Of a stretch of 64,000 bases of DNA, positions 18,478 to 27,969 are shown one piece after another. The notes beneath the pieces are model-generated. The model had not been told where the DNA came from. It searched no databases and was given only the letters and a program-made list of their open reading frames with translations. The position numbers and the translations under genes are program-made. Position 1 is the first letter of the stretch. The number at the start of each line of letters is the position of its first letter. The stretch is from a virus: the IMG/VR virus record IMGVR_UViG_3300030090_003995, positions 23,980 through 87,979 of that record; one strand, given 5' to 3'.

Positions 18478-20247
18478 ATGGCTCTCAAATATTCTTGGTT
18501 TAAACTTGACAAAGATGAAAAGTTTGAAAGCCATAATTTTGAGCAACAAGAGATTACTGAACCCAAATTAAAATATATTTTTGGTTTGTACTTGTTTGAT
18601 TTAAAAAATAAAGCGGAGTTAGATATTGTTCCTGCTAGATTAAAAGATATTAAATCTAGAACTATTGGCGACTATACAGATATTGACGTTAATAATCCGC
18701 CTGATTCTGTTTGGTCTGATGACCATACCACAGAATTGTTGAGCAAAATTGATAATGCTAGGCGAAGCCTTCTTCAAATGGATTTAGATGATGCGATTAA
18801 AAATTATACCGGTGCAAAACATAAAGTAAATGTTGGTGGAAAAGAAGAAGAAATATTAGAAGCGTTATATTTAGATGTAGATGAAAAAAGTTGGGATGTT
18901 GAGGATGTTGTCAACGAGGAATTACATGAAATGTTTTATAGACCAGTTTTTACTACTAAAGATGAAAAATTAAAGAAAAAGCAATTGATGTTATTAAATC
19001 CTATAGAGGTTGAAAATAAACAAGATTATAAGAGATTAGTTAAATTAGATTTAGATGATTGGCAGAAGATAATTGATTCTAATATTAATATGCCTAAATT
19101 TATAAATATTGTTAAAGGTAAAAAGGGAAATAAAATAACCCTCACATTAAATATAGATTTCTCAAGTTCAGATGCACAAATTAATGCTGTTAAAAAAATC
19201 TTTCCCGGCCAAAAAGTAAAATTTATGCCTTCTAGAGAAGAACTTAAATCTACTTCAACTGTTGCACAAATTAGAATGCCAGCGCAAAATGCTGAAGGGG
19301 CTAAAGGAGAGTATAAACGTGAATTGGCAAGTCCTGACGAAATTAGAGATTACAATTATCACGCCTTGGAAGATGCTGTAGATTTAAATGAAGATGAAGA
19401 AGGGTTAAAAAATGTATTGATGGCACTAAATGAATTTTCAAAAGAATCACAGATACAAGAGTCTCTACCGCCCCTAAAAACAACAAGAGTCAAAACTACT
19501 TACGGAGATATATTAGTCCAAGGTGTTCCATTTGATGCTGAAGATTACATAGATGGTTTAGAAGTTGAAATTTCTGATAAAGATAGTGGTGAAATACTCG
19601 AAACAGTTTTTGGTACTTTAGAAGAATTGAAGAAAGACCCTAGATTTGAGAAAGTTTTGGCTAAATATGAAACTTCTAAAAGAAAAGCAGATAGATATAT
19701 TGATAAACTAAAAAAGGATGCTAAAAAAATAAGAGATAATTTAGCAAAAACTAAGAAAAAAAGACAAGAGATTAACTTCACTGGCACTTCAAATGTAGCA
19801 CTAAAAGAAATGTTTCAGAGCGAAAGTCAAGAGTCTTTAAAGGATATAACATTAAATTGGATAAGAAATATAAATTCTGATGGTAGTTTGTATAGATTAT
19901 TTCAACAAATACTTTTACCAATGAGTGTAACTTCTCAAGGTGATTACAAAATAGTTATTCAATTGAATAAGAAAGGTTTAAATTATTCCGGACAAGTTAA
20001 AAGGTGGCAATATATTCAAACTGCAGAATTAGATACTAAATTTTTAAGTATGCCTTCAGGCCGCCAATCAAGGGTTAAATTAGATATTGGTAGAAAAACC
20101 GATAAAGGAAAAACTGAAAGTATGCGGGGTGATTATCGTACAGATATGGGTTTAGGGTATAATCCAGTAAGACAGTTTTTAACTAAATTTGTAACAAATA
20201 GGCTATCAAAACTAGATAAAGCAATCGAATCTTTAAGGAGGAATTAA
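18478..20247 (+). CDS. hypothetical charged protein (589 aa)
   Basis: ORF track; GAGGGGG RBS; no recognised motif. Confidence 0.7.
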   Translation: MALKYSWFKLDKDEKFESHNFEQQEITEPKLKYIFGLYLFDLKNKAELDIVPARLKDIKSRTIGDYTDIDVNNPPDSVWSDDHTTELLSKIDNARRSLLQMDLDDAIKNYTGAKHKVNVGGKEEEILEALYLDVDEKSWDVEDVVNEELHEMFYRPVFTTKDEKLKKKQLMLLNPIEVENKQDYKRLVKLDLDDWQKIIDSNINMPKFINIVKGKKGNKITLTLNIDFSSSDAQINAVKKIFPGQKVKFMPSREELKSTSTVAQIRMPAQNAEGAKGEYKRELASPDEIRDYNYHALEDAVDLNEDEEGLKNVLMALNEFSKESQIQESLPPLKTTRVKTTYGDILVQGVPFDAEDYIDGLEVEISDKDSGEILETVFGTLEELKKDPRFEKVLAKYETSKRKADRYIDKLKKDAKKIRDNLAKTKKKRQEINFTGTSNVALKEMFQSESQESLKDITLNWIRNINSDGSLYRLFQQILLPMSVTSQGDYKIVIQLNKKGLNYSGQVKRWQYIQTAELDTKFLSMPSGRQSRVKLDIGRKTDKGKTESMRGDYRTDMGLGYNPVRQFLTKFVTNRLSKLDKAIESLRRN

Positions 20248-20249
20248 TA

Positions 20250-21344
20250 ATGGTTAAGTTATCATCACCATCTGACTATACGGCAGTAAATCCTAACTAT
20301 GCTATTGGGCAAGGGTATTACACTAACGAAGATAAAATAGCAGATTTACTACAAATACCATCTTTCTCCGCCACGACCAATCCATCTTACGACCAAGTGG
20401 GCGACATTATTAAGGATGTAGAAGACGAAATAGATGAAAAAACCGGAATGTCGTTTAGACCAATCATTTACGCGAATGAGATGCACAATTTTCGTAGTCC
20501 AACGGGCGGGTCTTTGCGAAAGTGGCCCTCATGGTGGTCAGACTACGTTGGTTTTTGCCAACTAAACCACAGACATATCCGCAAAATGATTAGAATAGAA
20601 GTTTGGCAGGGAAATAGGTGGACAGACCTTTGTTCGGCAACTGCAAAGGTTAGCGTGTCTAATGACCAAGTTGGTTCTAGCGGTTCTATTACACTAACAT
20701 TACCTAATAACGTAACATTCGTTTTAAATAAAGGAACGACAAATAGCCAATACAATAATGCCTATGGTGCTAAAACTATTGCTCAAGAAATTTGTCATTT
20801 AATAAATGAAACCTTTCCTTCAATAACTGCTAGATTTACAGGTGCTACTGCTTCTAAATCTTTAGTGGGTTCAGATGGAACTAATGTTTCTGATTTCTTT
20901 TATGCTACTGTAAATACAGAAGATGAAACTGAAGTTATAATTTCTTCATTATTACCCGGCGATGATGGGTCACAATGTTCTATTGCAGTAACAGGTTCGG
21001 GTTTAACTAAAAGCGATTTTACAGATAATGAAGAAATGAAACGTCTTGGTACATGGTGGAAAGTAGATGAAGAAGGCCGTATTTTCTTTAGAACCAAATT
21101 TCCTTATATGGAAAAAAATTCAATTCGTATGACTTATATTGCAGGTAATCCTAGAGTTCCCGGAATTATTTCTCAAGCAGCAACAAAAATGTCAGCGATG
21201 GAAATTTTACGGCATGATGACCAAACAGTGTTAATTGCAGAATCAGGTTCACAAATTGATATTAAAACTAAATACGACTTGTTAAAACAAGAAGCCGCAG
21301 AATTATTGAAACTTACAAGAGAAACTATCTTTTTGATTGAGTGA
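20250..21344 (+). CDS. putative head-tail adaptor with an inserted domain
   Basis: N-terminal YT...IADLL / IKDVEDEIDEKTG and C-terminal IRMTYIAG..VPGIISQAA pattern of connector proteins; lies between head and tail genes. Confidence 0.6.
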   Translation: MVKLSSPSDYTAVNPNYAIGQGYYTNEDKIADLLQIPSFSATTNPSYDQVGDIIKDVEDEIDEKTGMSFRPIIYANEMHNFRSPTGGSLRKWPSWWSDYVGFCQLNHRHIRKMIRIEVWQGNRWTDLCSATAKVSVSNDQVGSSGSITLTLPNNVTFVLNKGTTNSQYNNAYGAKTIAQEICHLINETFPSITARFTGATASKSLVGSDGTNVSDFFYATVNTEDETEVIISSLLPGDDGSQCSIAVTGSGLTKSDFTDNEEMKRLGTWWKVDEEGRIFFRTKFPYMEKNSIRMTYIAGNPRVPGIISQAATKMSAMEILRHDDQTVLIAESGSQIDIKTKYDLLKQEAAELLKLTRETIFLIE

Positions 21345-21349
21345 TTAAT

Positions 21350-21754
21350 ATGTCATGGACTAATATTCTAAAAAATGAGTCTCATTTTATTTGGAATGCA
21401 GATATATTTTCTTGGTCTGATAAGCACAAAGAGTGGCTTGAAAGTTTAGATTGGGGTCAAATTAGACAATACAAAACAGGATTTCCAATTTGGCAGATAG
21501 AAAAACACTTCAATTCTCAAATTACTGACTTAAAGGGAATTATGGATAAGGCATGGGAAGCCCTTTCAGAAAATCTTGAAGATAAAAAAGAGTTACAGCA
21601 ATTAAGTGATAGTTTAGGTAATCAATATCAAGAGATGATAACAGGGATTCTTAATCATGCTAATGATGCATTTAGACAAATAGCAGGAATTCAATATGAT
21701 TTGGCAAGTCAAGATGAAGCAACAGGAGCAGTTAAACTAAAGTGGGTGGAATAA
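21350..21754 (+). CDS. MSW-ILK leader protein
   Basis: Starts MSWTNILK. Confidence 0.7.
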   Translation: MSWTNILKNESHFIWNADIFSWSDKHKEWLESLDWGQIRQYKTGFPIWQIEKHFNSQITDLKGIMDKAWEALSENLEDKKELQQLSDSLGNQYQEMITGILNHANDAFRQIAGIQYDLASQDEATGAVKLKWVE

Positions 21755-22032
21755 TGACGTGGGATACTGTTCTTAAAGTTAGAAGAAAAATAAATATGCC
21801 TCATTTAAAAAGAATTGTAGACCATATTTTACCAAACATGGTTGAAGATGAATTTGCGTTATCAGATTTAGCAAAAATGGTTACAACGACTTATTTAGAA
21901 TATAATCCTAATACTAAACGGGCGTTAAATATATCCTCTATTTTAAGTCAAATGTTACAAAATAGAGGATATGAGCAGTTTTATAAATATTCTAAGGGTC
22001 AACGTTTAACTTATTATAGGAAAGTGCAATAA
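21754..22032 (+). CDS. MSW-ILK leader protein (possible winged helix)
   Basis: Starts MTWDTVLK; three helices followed by a beta-hairpin pattern. Confidence 0.65.
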   Translation: MTWDTVLKVRRKINMPHLKRIVDHILPNMVEDEFALSDLAKMVTTTYLEYNPNTKRALNISSILSQMLQNRGYEQFYKYSKGQRLTYYRKVQ

Positions 22033-22241
22033 TGGTTACAATTAAAGATATAGAAATTAGACTTAGAAATGGTCAAACTTTAATTGATGATTTAATTAAA
22101 AAGGAGAGAGACTTGGAAACTCTTTATCAAGAAACTATGGGCGTTTCATTTGAAATAGATGAAGATAAAATAGCACAAAAGTTTTATGATGAAATATTAA
22201 AAGATTTACAAAAATTCGCAAAAGAGCGGGGGATTTATTAA
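22032..22241 (+). CDS. hypothetical protein
   Basis: ORF track; translationally coupled. Confidence 0.6.
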   Translation: MVTIKDIEIRLRNGQTLIDDLIKKERDLETLYQETMGVSFEIDEDKIAQKFYDEILKDLQKFAKERGIY

Positions 22242-22822
22242 TGGATGAAACTACATATTTAGTGGCATTAATTGACCCATCAGGTTATTCAGATGATGGC
22301 GCAACAGTATCTTCAATAAATGGTGCTGCTTTCTCTTCGACAAATACTTGGGCTAAATCAGCAGAAGCAGTATTAGGTGGTTCTTGGGCTACTTTAGTAG
22401 GAACACCAACAGTGGTTGATATTAGAAATATGACTAAAAATAAAGCCATGCGATATGATTTATCAGCAGGTGATATTATTATTGTATATGAAAGTGGTCA
22501 AACGATTGAATATCCTACTATTTCTTGGGATGTTCGTAATGAATTTTATAACATGACAATAGATATTAGAACCCTTCAAGACGAAAGAGGTGCTTCCGAC
22601 GCAAACTTTGCCCGCAGCAGATTGGAAAACCTTTACAAAGTCTTACGACATAGATTGGAACAGAACCGCAAGGGTGCGACAATTACATTATCCGATGGCG
22701 AATCTTTAAAGATGAATCAATTATTTGTAGGAAATAGAACTGAATCAAATAATAGAAACAAAAGATTATTCGGATATAAATTAACCGCTGATATGAAAAA
22801 GTACGCGGTGGCTTTACCTTAG
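22241..22822 (+). CDS. putative tail terminator/completion protein
   Basis: Directly upstream of the tail tube gene; size and alpha/beta pattern fit. Confidence 0.5.
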   Translation: MDETTYLVALIDPSGYSDDGATVSSINGAAFSSTNTWAKSAEAVLGGSWATLVGTPTVVDIRNMTKNKAMRYDLSAGDIIIVYESGQTIEYPTISWDVRNEFYNMTIDIRTLQDERGASDANFARSRLENLYKVLRHRLEQNRKGATITLSDGESLKMNQLFVGNRTESNNRNKRLFGYKLTADMKKYAVALP

Positions 22823-22850
22823 TAAGTAAGTAAAAAAAAGGTGATTAAAA

Positions 22851-24389
22851 ATGGCAATTAATAGCGAAGTATTTCTGGGTAGTGGCGCAAGTTTAATGTT
22901 TGTGCCAGAATTAGATTTTTATGTGAAACCAAGCGCAAATCCGGCAACAGATGATACATCAGTTGCTTTCCATAGTGATATAACTTGGGCTAAATTAGTA
23001 ACTAATTTATACACTGGTTGTACATTAGAACTGCGTAATGCTTCAAATAATTTTATTTCCTCACATAAAGTAACTAGTAATACATATAATACTCTACATT
23101 TTACACCAAAAGTTACTGCAACAGGAACATTAACTAATTATTACTATATTTTAAAAGGTTTTGCTGCTCCATTACCCGCACCTGATGGTTCAGGACACGC
23201 AAGACTATGTGCAGACAATTGGTTAGGTTTAGTAGAAAGTGCTACTTTTCCTAACATTGATATTGAAATGAGACAAATGAATAATCAATTAGGTGGGACT
23301 AGAAATTTTAGTCATCAATTTAAAGGGATTGAAACTACTTCAGGAGGAAATCTTGGACTTGTTCTTACTCACCCATGTTGGCTATATTATTTCTTAGGCA
23401 AAGCCGGGACTGTAACACCTCATACTGATTTAATTACTGCTAACACAGGTCTTAATTCTGATGTTAGGGCATCATCTACAAATGGTTTATTTATTGATAA
23501 TGGGGCGCATTTAGCACAAGGTCCGATTTTCTACCGTTCTATTGGTGATAAAGTAGTTCCACCACTTATGAAAGGGGCAGATGCTTATGGAAGTATGGAT
23601 TTAGTGGCTTTACCAACATTGGCTAATAAATTAATTACATACGCTTTTACAGAAGCAAATGGTGTAAGTTTACCTTCCTTTTCACTTGAACAAAATTTAA
23701 GTAAATTGGAAGATAGTGATGCGTATGTTGATTCTACTGAAACTAATGAATCTCATAACTTTGTTCGAATCGCAAGAGGAAATAGAGTTAATACATTGAC
23801 ATTAACTGCTAATGAAAATGAAGAAGTTAAAATGACTTTAGATTTAAATAGTAGCACTATTGATACACCAACAACTGATTATACATATCAAGGGAGAAGA
23901 GGTGTAACTGCTGATTCTAGTTTATTTAACAATAATGCTAGCCAAGATTCATATAATGAACCATATTTCTTTACTGACGGTGTTATTTCTATTTATGGTC
24001 AAACCTTTTTAAAGATTCAATCTTTCTCATTAACAATGAATAATAACTTAATGGATAAGAGATATGTTGGTATGGCAAATAAAAAAGTCAAAGATTCTAT
24101 CCCAGCACAAAGAACATATGAAATATCATTCAGTGCTTTAGTTACAGATTCAAAATTATTTAATGAATTAAGACAAGCCGGTGAAAATACTAGTAATGAT
24201 ATGACATTGACCTTTACTAAGGCAAATAATACTAATGAAACATTTAATATTACTTTCCAAAATTATATCACAAATTCTGCAAATTGGACTATTCCGGAAG
24301 ATAGAGGCCCAGTTACTGTTGATATGACAGTAAATCCTAGAACGATGAGTAGTTGCACAGCAACAACAAATTGGGTTTTACAGGGGTGA
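22851..24389 (+). CDS. major tail tube protein (siphovirus type) with insertions
   Basis: PSFSLE, GNRVNTLTLT, SFSLTMNNNL motifs; upstream of chaperones and tape measure; strong RBS. Confidence 0.75.
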   Translation: MAINSEVFLGSGASLMFVPELDFYVKPSANPATDDTSVAFHSDITWAKLVTNLYTGCTLELRNASNNFISSHKVTSNTYNTLHFTPKVTATGTLTNYYYILKGFAAPLPAPDGSGHARLCADNWLGLVESATFPNIDIEMRQMNNQLGGTRNFSHQFKGIETTSGGNLGLVLTHPCWLYYFLGKAGTVTPHTDLITANTGLNSDVRASSTNGLFIDNGAHLAQGPIFYRSIGDKVVPPLMKGADAYGSMDLVALPTLANKLITYAFTEANGVSLPSFSLEQNLSKLEDSDAYVDSTETNESHNFVRIARGNRVNTLTLTANENEEVKMTLDLNSSTIDTPTTDYTYQGRRGVTADSSLFNNNASQDSYNEPYFFTDGVISIYGQTFLKIQSFSLTMNNNLMDKRYVGMANKKVKDSIPAQRTYEISFSALVTDSKLFNELRQAGENTSNDMTLTFTKANNTNETFNITFQNYITNSANWTIPEDRGPVTVDMTVNPRTMSSCTATTNWVLQG

Positions 24390-24393
24390 TTAA

Positions 24394-24522
24394 ATGGGTA
24401 AAGGATATTCATATGATGAAATTGTTAAACGTAATTTGGCTGAAAAAAGTAAGCCAAAAAAGAAATCAATTAATAAAAAAACTGAAACTAAAAAGGAGAC
24501 TGAAGAGAAACCTGAAGAGTAA
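24394..24522 (+). CDS. small Lys/Glu-rich protein (42 aa)
   Basis: GGGGTGAT RBS; MGKGYSYDEIVKRNLAEKSKPKKK...EEKPEE*. Confidence 0.55.
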   Translation: MGKGYSYDEIVKRNLAEKSKPKKKSINKKTETKKETEEKPEE

Positions 24523-24579
24523 ACATAATTTTCCACCACAGTATGTGTGTATGTAAAAGTGGTAGGTGGAAGTGATGAA

Positions 24580-24951
24580 ATGTTTGATGAAAAGAAAATT
24601 GTAACGAACAAAGAGACCTTATTTGTGTTGAATGAGAGTGAACTACATTATATTAAAGTAGCACCTGATTCAGAAGAATATTTAAAAATATGGATTAAAC
24701 AACCAACTTGGCTACAAGTAGAACAAGCAGTTAATTCTGTTCTAAAACTTAATGCTAGGACTCAAGACATGGATTTAGATTTAAACGCCATGTATAAATA
24801 TATGGTTGATAATTTTATTGACAAGACTGAGCCTCATCTCAGTTCTGTCGATTTACTACGACTCACGCCCTTTGTGGGCAATCAGATTAAAGAGATTCTC
24901 CCAAATCCTTTCAAGGATTTACAGGGGGATGAAGTAAAAAACGAAGATTGA
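24580..24951 (+). CDS. tail assembly chaperone (G-like)
   Basis: Between tail tube and tape measure; slippery site at the 3' end. Confidence 0.75.
   Translation: MFDEKKIVTNKETLFVLNESELHYIKVAPDSEEYLKIWIKQPTWLQVEQAVNSVLKLNARTQDMDLDLNAMYKYMVDNFIDKTEPHLSSVDLLRLTPFVGNQIKEILPNPFKDLQGDEVKNED
24936..24942 (+). promoter_or_regulatory. -1 programmed ribosomal frameshift site (A AAA AAC)
   Basis: GTA AAA AAC GAA GAT TGA; the -1 frame reads K-K-R-R-L-K-A-A into ORF 24948-25154. Confidence 0.8.
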
Positions 24952-25154
24952 AGGCGGCGATTAAAGGTGGAAAATCCACACCTCAAGACGCTTCCCTAAT
25001 TATCGTTTATACCTTAGCGAAAGCATTAGCAATTAGCCCATTAGAAGTTTATAAGATGCCGGCACCATTAGTGCAAGATTTATTATCAGTTCATTTTGTT
25101 ATGGAAGAAATTAAATCTGATGAAATGCAAAAATCTTTAAAAAGTGTGAAGTGA
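24942..25154 (+). CDS. tail assembly chaperone frameshift extension (GT-like)
   Basis: In the -1 frame of the upstream chaperone; LAKALAISPLEVYKMP pattern; no RBS or ATG of its own. Confidence 0.7.
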   Translation, partial: RRLKAAIKGGKSTPQDASLIIVYTLAKALAISPLEVYKMPAPLVQDLLSVHFVMEEIKSDEMQKSLKSVK

Positions 25155-25159
25155 TTTAT

Positions 25160-27211
25160 ATGGCAGCGGAGCAAAAAGAAATGCTAGAAGCGTTAAACAC
25201 TTTAATTGGCTTGCATAAAGACGCAGCGAAAAAAACAGAACAACATAGAATAGAACAAGAAAAAGCAGAATTGGGATTAGTCGCATACAAAGATAGTATG
25301 AGAGGTCTGTCTGCTGAAATTCAAAATGTTAATAATTATTCAAAAGAAATGGGCCGAACAATGGCTCAAGCCGCTCAAGAAAGTAAAGTTTGGACCGCTG
25401 CTTCTCGGCTGCTATCGGGAACAGGGCTATGGTCTATTCAAAATGGTATTCGTGGTATTATTGACGTGTTTGCTATTTATGACACTTCACAACAAAAAGC
25501 AATGAATAGACAAAATCAGGCTGCTAAAGTAATGGAAAACTACGCTGATGTTCTTGAAAAATATAAAGAAGAACAAATCAAATTAAACGACGCTATTGAA
25601 GCGGGTGCTGATGCAACATATTGGGAAACAAATGCTGCATATAAATTAATGAAAGCAAAGGGTATTTCTCATGAAACCTCCATTAAACTTCTTAAAGAAG
25701 AAATGGATGTTATGGATGATATGATTAAAAAACAAAAACGTTTAATAGAAGGAAGTTGGTTTTCCAAAAAAACAGCGGATTTGAGGGCAAGAATTGGATT
25801 AAAAATTAGAGGAAGACTAAAAAAGGATTTTCAAGATAGGGAAAAATATATTGAACAAGTCAATAAAGGTAGATTTTTAGTAAATCAGGGTTCTGTCAAT
25901 ACCGGCGCAAGGGTAACAGCATATCATGGTCAGGATGCTAAAGCACTACATCATTTTACGGAAATGATTAAACCATTTGAAATGGGTTTATCGGCAATAG
26001 GAAAAACTGCGGAAATGTTAGGTAAAGGTGCTACAAAGGGGGTTTCACAAGCATTTGGTGTAGGTAAAGCGATTTGGGATATGGGGCCGGATAGTTCAGA
26101 ACAAAGACGAGCAAAAAGACTAGAAAAACAAAAAATGGCTGAATTTAAAGAGGGGCAAGGAATAGGGTTTAGTGGTCAACAATTCGCTAACTTGTTTGAT
26201 ATTCCTGATGTTAAAGCAAAAAAACCCGGAGGATGGGATAGTTGGGCTAATTTCAAAAAGCGTGTGGCATTTGAAAGAGGACAATTTAATAGAAGTAAAT
26301 TTGGTAAAAAAATGTTGGAGTTTCAAGAATTTATAAAAAAGAAAGTTATTCCCAATATAATGTTCGTGTTTAGTAAATTAAAAATGGCTATGCTTTATTT
26401 CGTAGCAGCATTAGTAGTTGTTATGGCACTAATGCCATTAATTAAAAGTTTATGGGAAGGTGTAAAAGAAACGGCTGGGTTATTATCAGCAATAGGAATT
26501 GGAGTATGGGACCAAGTAAAGAGTATTTGGGGAGATGCTGTTAAATTACTTGAAGTAACATGGGGTATGATTTATTCAGCATTTACTGGAGATGCGGAAG
26601 CACTTGTAGGTTATACTTTAGACTTTTTATGGGTAAGTGCTAAATTGATTTTTAAACTTGCCGCATTAACATTTACTGTGGCAATTGGCGCGGCAGTAGC
26701 ATTAGGATTAGGTATTTGGAATTGGATTGTAACTAACGGTCCCGGCAAATTAATAAAAATCTTACTATATGCAGGACTCATTTTAATTGTTTATCATATA
26801 GCAGCACAAGCAATAGCGATGATTGCTTCAATAATAGCAGGTATTATTGGTGTAATTCCTGTTGGTATTGCTTTGCTTGTTATTGCACTTGGCGTTGTAT
26901 TGCATCAATTTGGTCGATGGATTGGGAAAAATTTATTTGGATTTTCAGAAGGTGGTGTGGTCAATCATACCGGAATGTCTTTAGTTGGTGAAAAGGGTCC
27001 AGAATTTGTAAACTTACCAAGGGGTTCTAGAGTCTTCAGTAATAAAGATAGTAAAAAAATGGTTGGTGGTAATGTAACTAATAATATTTCAGTAAATGTT
27101 CAAGGAAGAGTGGGCGCATCAGATTCAGAAATTAGAGATATTGCTAGAAAGGTTGGTGTTCAGATTAATAGAGAAATAAATAGGACAACATCTTCAGCAA
27201 CAAGGTCGTGA
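25160..27211 (+). CDS. tail tape measure protein
   Basis: Coiled-coil N-terminus, several hydrophobic helices, C-terminal FSEGGVV...LVGEKGPEFV motif. Confidence 0.85.
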   Translation: MAAEQKEMLEALNTLIGLHKDAAKKTEQHRIEQEKAELGLVAYKDSMRGLSAEIQNVNNYSKEMGRTMAQAAQESKVWTAASRLLSGTGLWSIQNGIRGIIDVFAIYDTSQQKAMNRQNQAAKVMENYADVLEKYKEEQIKLNDAIEAGADATYWETNAAYKLMKAKGISHETSIKLLKEEMDVMDDMIKKQKRLIEGSWFSKKTADLRARIGLKIRGRLKKDFQDREKYIEQVNKGRFLVNQGSVNTGARVTAYHGQDAKALHHFTEMIKPFEMGLSAIGKTAEMLGKGATKGVSQAFGVGKAIWDMGPDSSEQRRAKRLEKQKMAEFKEGQGIGFSGQQFANLFDIPDVKAKKPGGWDSWANFKKRVAFERGQFNRSKFGKKMLEFQEFIKKKVIPNIMFVFSKLKMAMLYFVAALVVVMALMPLIKSLWEGVKETAGLLSAIGIGVWDQVKSIWGDAVKLLEVTWGMIYSAFTGDAEALVGYTLDFLWVSAKLIFKLAALTFTVAIGAAVALGLGIWNWIVTNGPGKLIKILLYAGLILIVYHIAAQAIAMIASIIAGIIGVIPVGIALLVIALGVVLHQFGRWIGKNLFGFSEGGVVNHTGMSLVGEKGPEFVNLPRGSRVFSNKDSKKMVGGNVTNNISVNVQGRVGASDSEIRDIARKVGVQINREINRTTSSATRS

Positions 27212-27215
27212 TTAA

Positions 27216-27965
27216 ATGGTTAGTAATAGTTCAATAGGTGATGTTGGCGGGCATTCTGTGTTGTTAAATTTGGCATCGAGGTCAGGTTTAAGTTCTGGAG
27301 AAAATTGGACTCAAAATAGAATTTCGTTAAAGGCGGATAATATCACCTTTAACACTTCAAAAGATGTTCTCGCTTTACCATTACCTTTGAGCGGTTGGGC
27401 AACAGGTGAATCAACAAAAGTAGCATTAGATTTTGGCGTTGCCACTAAAAATATTTCACTTAGCGGGATTATTACCGAACAAAATATTCTTAAGAAGTTT
27501 AAAGATGACGATACTTCTTATAATAGATTCATGACAGCACATGAAGTTTCTCAACTGATTCATTCTTATGTTGATTCATCTTTTCTACAACAGCAGCAAA
27601 ATCTAAATTCAATTATTATTTTGATGCCTTCTAGAGTAAATAAAAATTGGGATTATTATACTACATCTGTTGATGGTGTCTCAGCAAATGTAGATGCAAA
27701 CACCGCAACTGAAGATGCACCATTAATTCCTTTTTCATATAAAGTCCGTGGTGGCGGTTCTTCAGGTTCAGGTATTACTTCTCGTAGCACTACCTTTGAT
27801 GCCGCACCTTTACAATTAGGAAATTTTCCTGTTCCAGTTACAACCACTGATGAATCAGAAAATTTAGAAGGATTTATTAGAAACTTTAGCACAACTATGG
27901 TGGGTGGACAACCATATCTTGATTTTACTATGGATTTTGAAATAGCAAAGAGTCCTTTGGGGTGA
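27216..27965 (+). CDS. putative distal tail (Dit-like) protein
   Basis: Immediately after the tape measure gene; beta-rich (KNISLSGII, DFTMDF). Confidence 0.55.
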   Translation: MVSNSSIGDVGGHSVLLNLASRSGLSSGENWTQNRISLKADNITFNTSKDVLALPLPLSGWATGESTKVALDFGVATKNISLSGIITEQNILKKFKDDDTSYNRFMTAHEVSQLIHSYVDSSFLQQQQNLNSIIILMPSRVNKNWDYYTTSVDGVSANVDANTATEDAPLIPFSYKVRGGGSSGSGITSRSTTFDAAPLQLGNFPVPVTTTDESENLEGFIRNFSTTMVGGQPYLDFTMDFEIAKSPLG

Positions 27966-27969
27966 TTAA

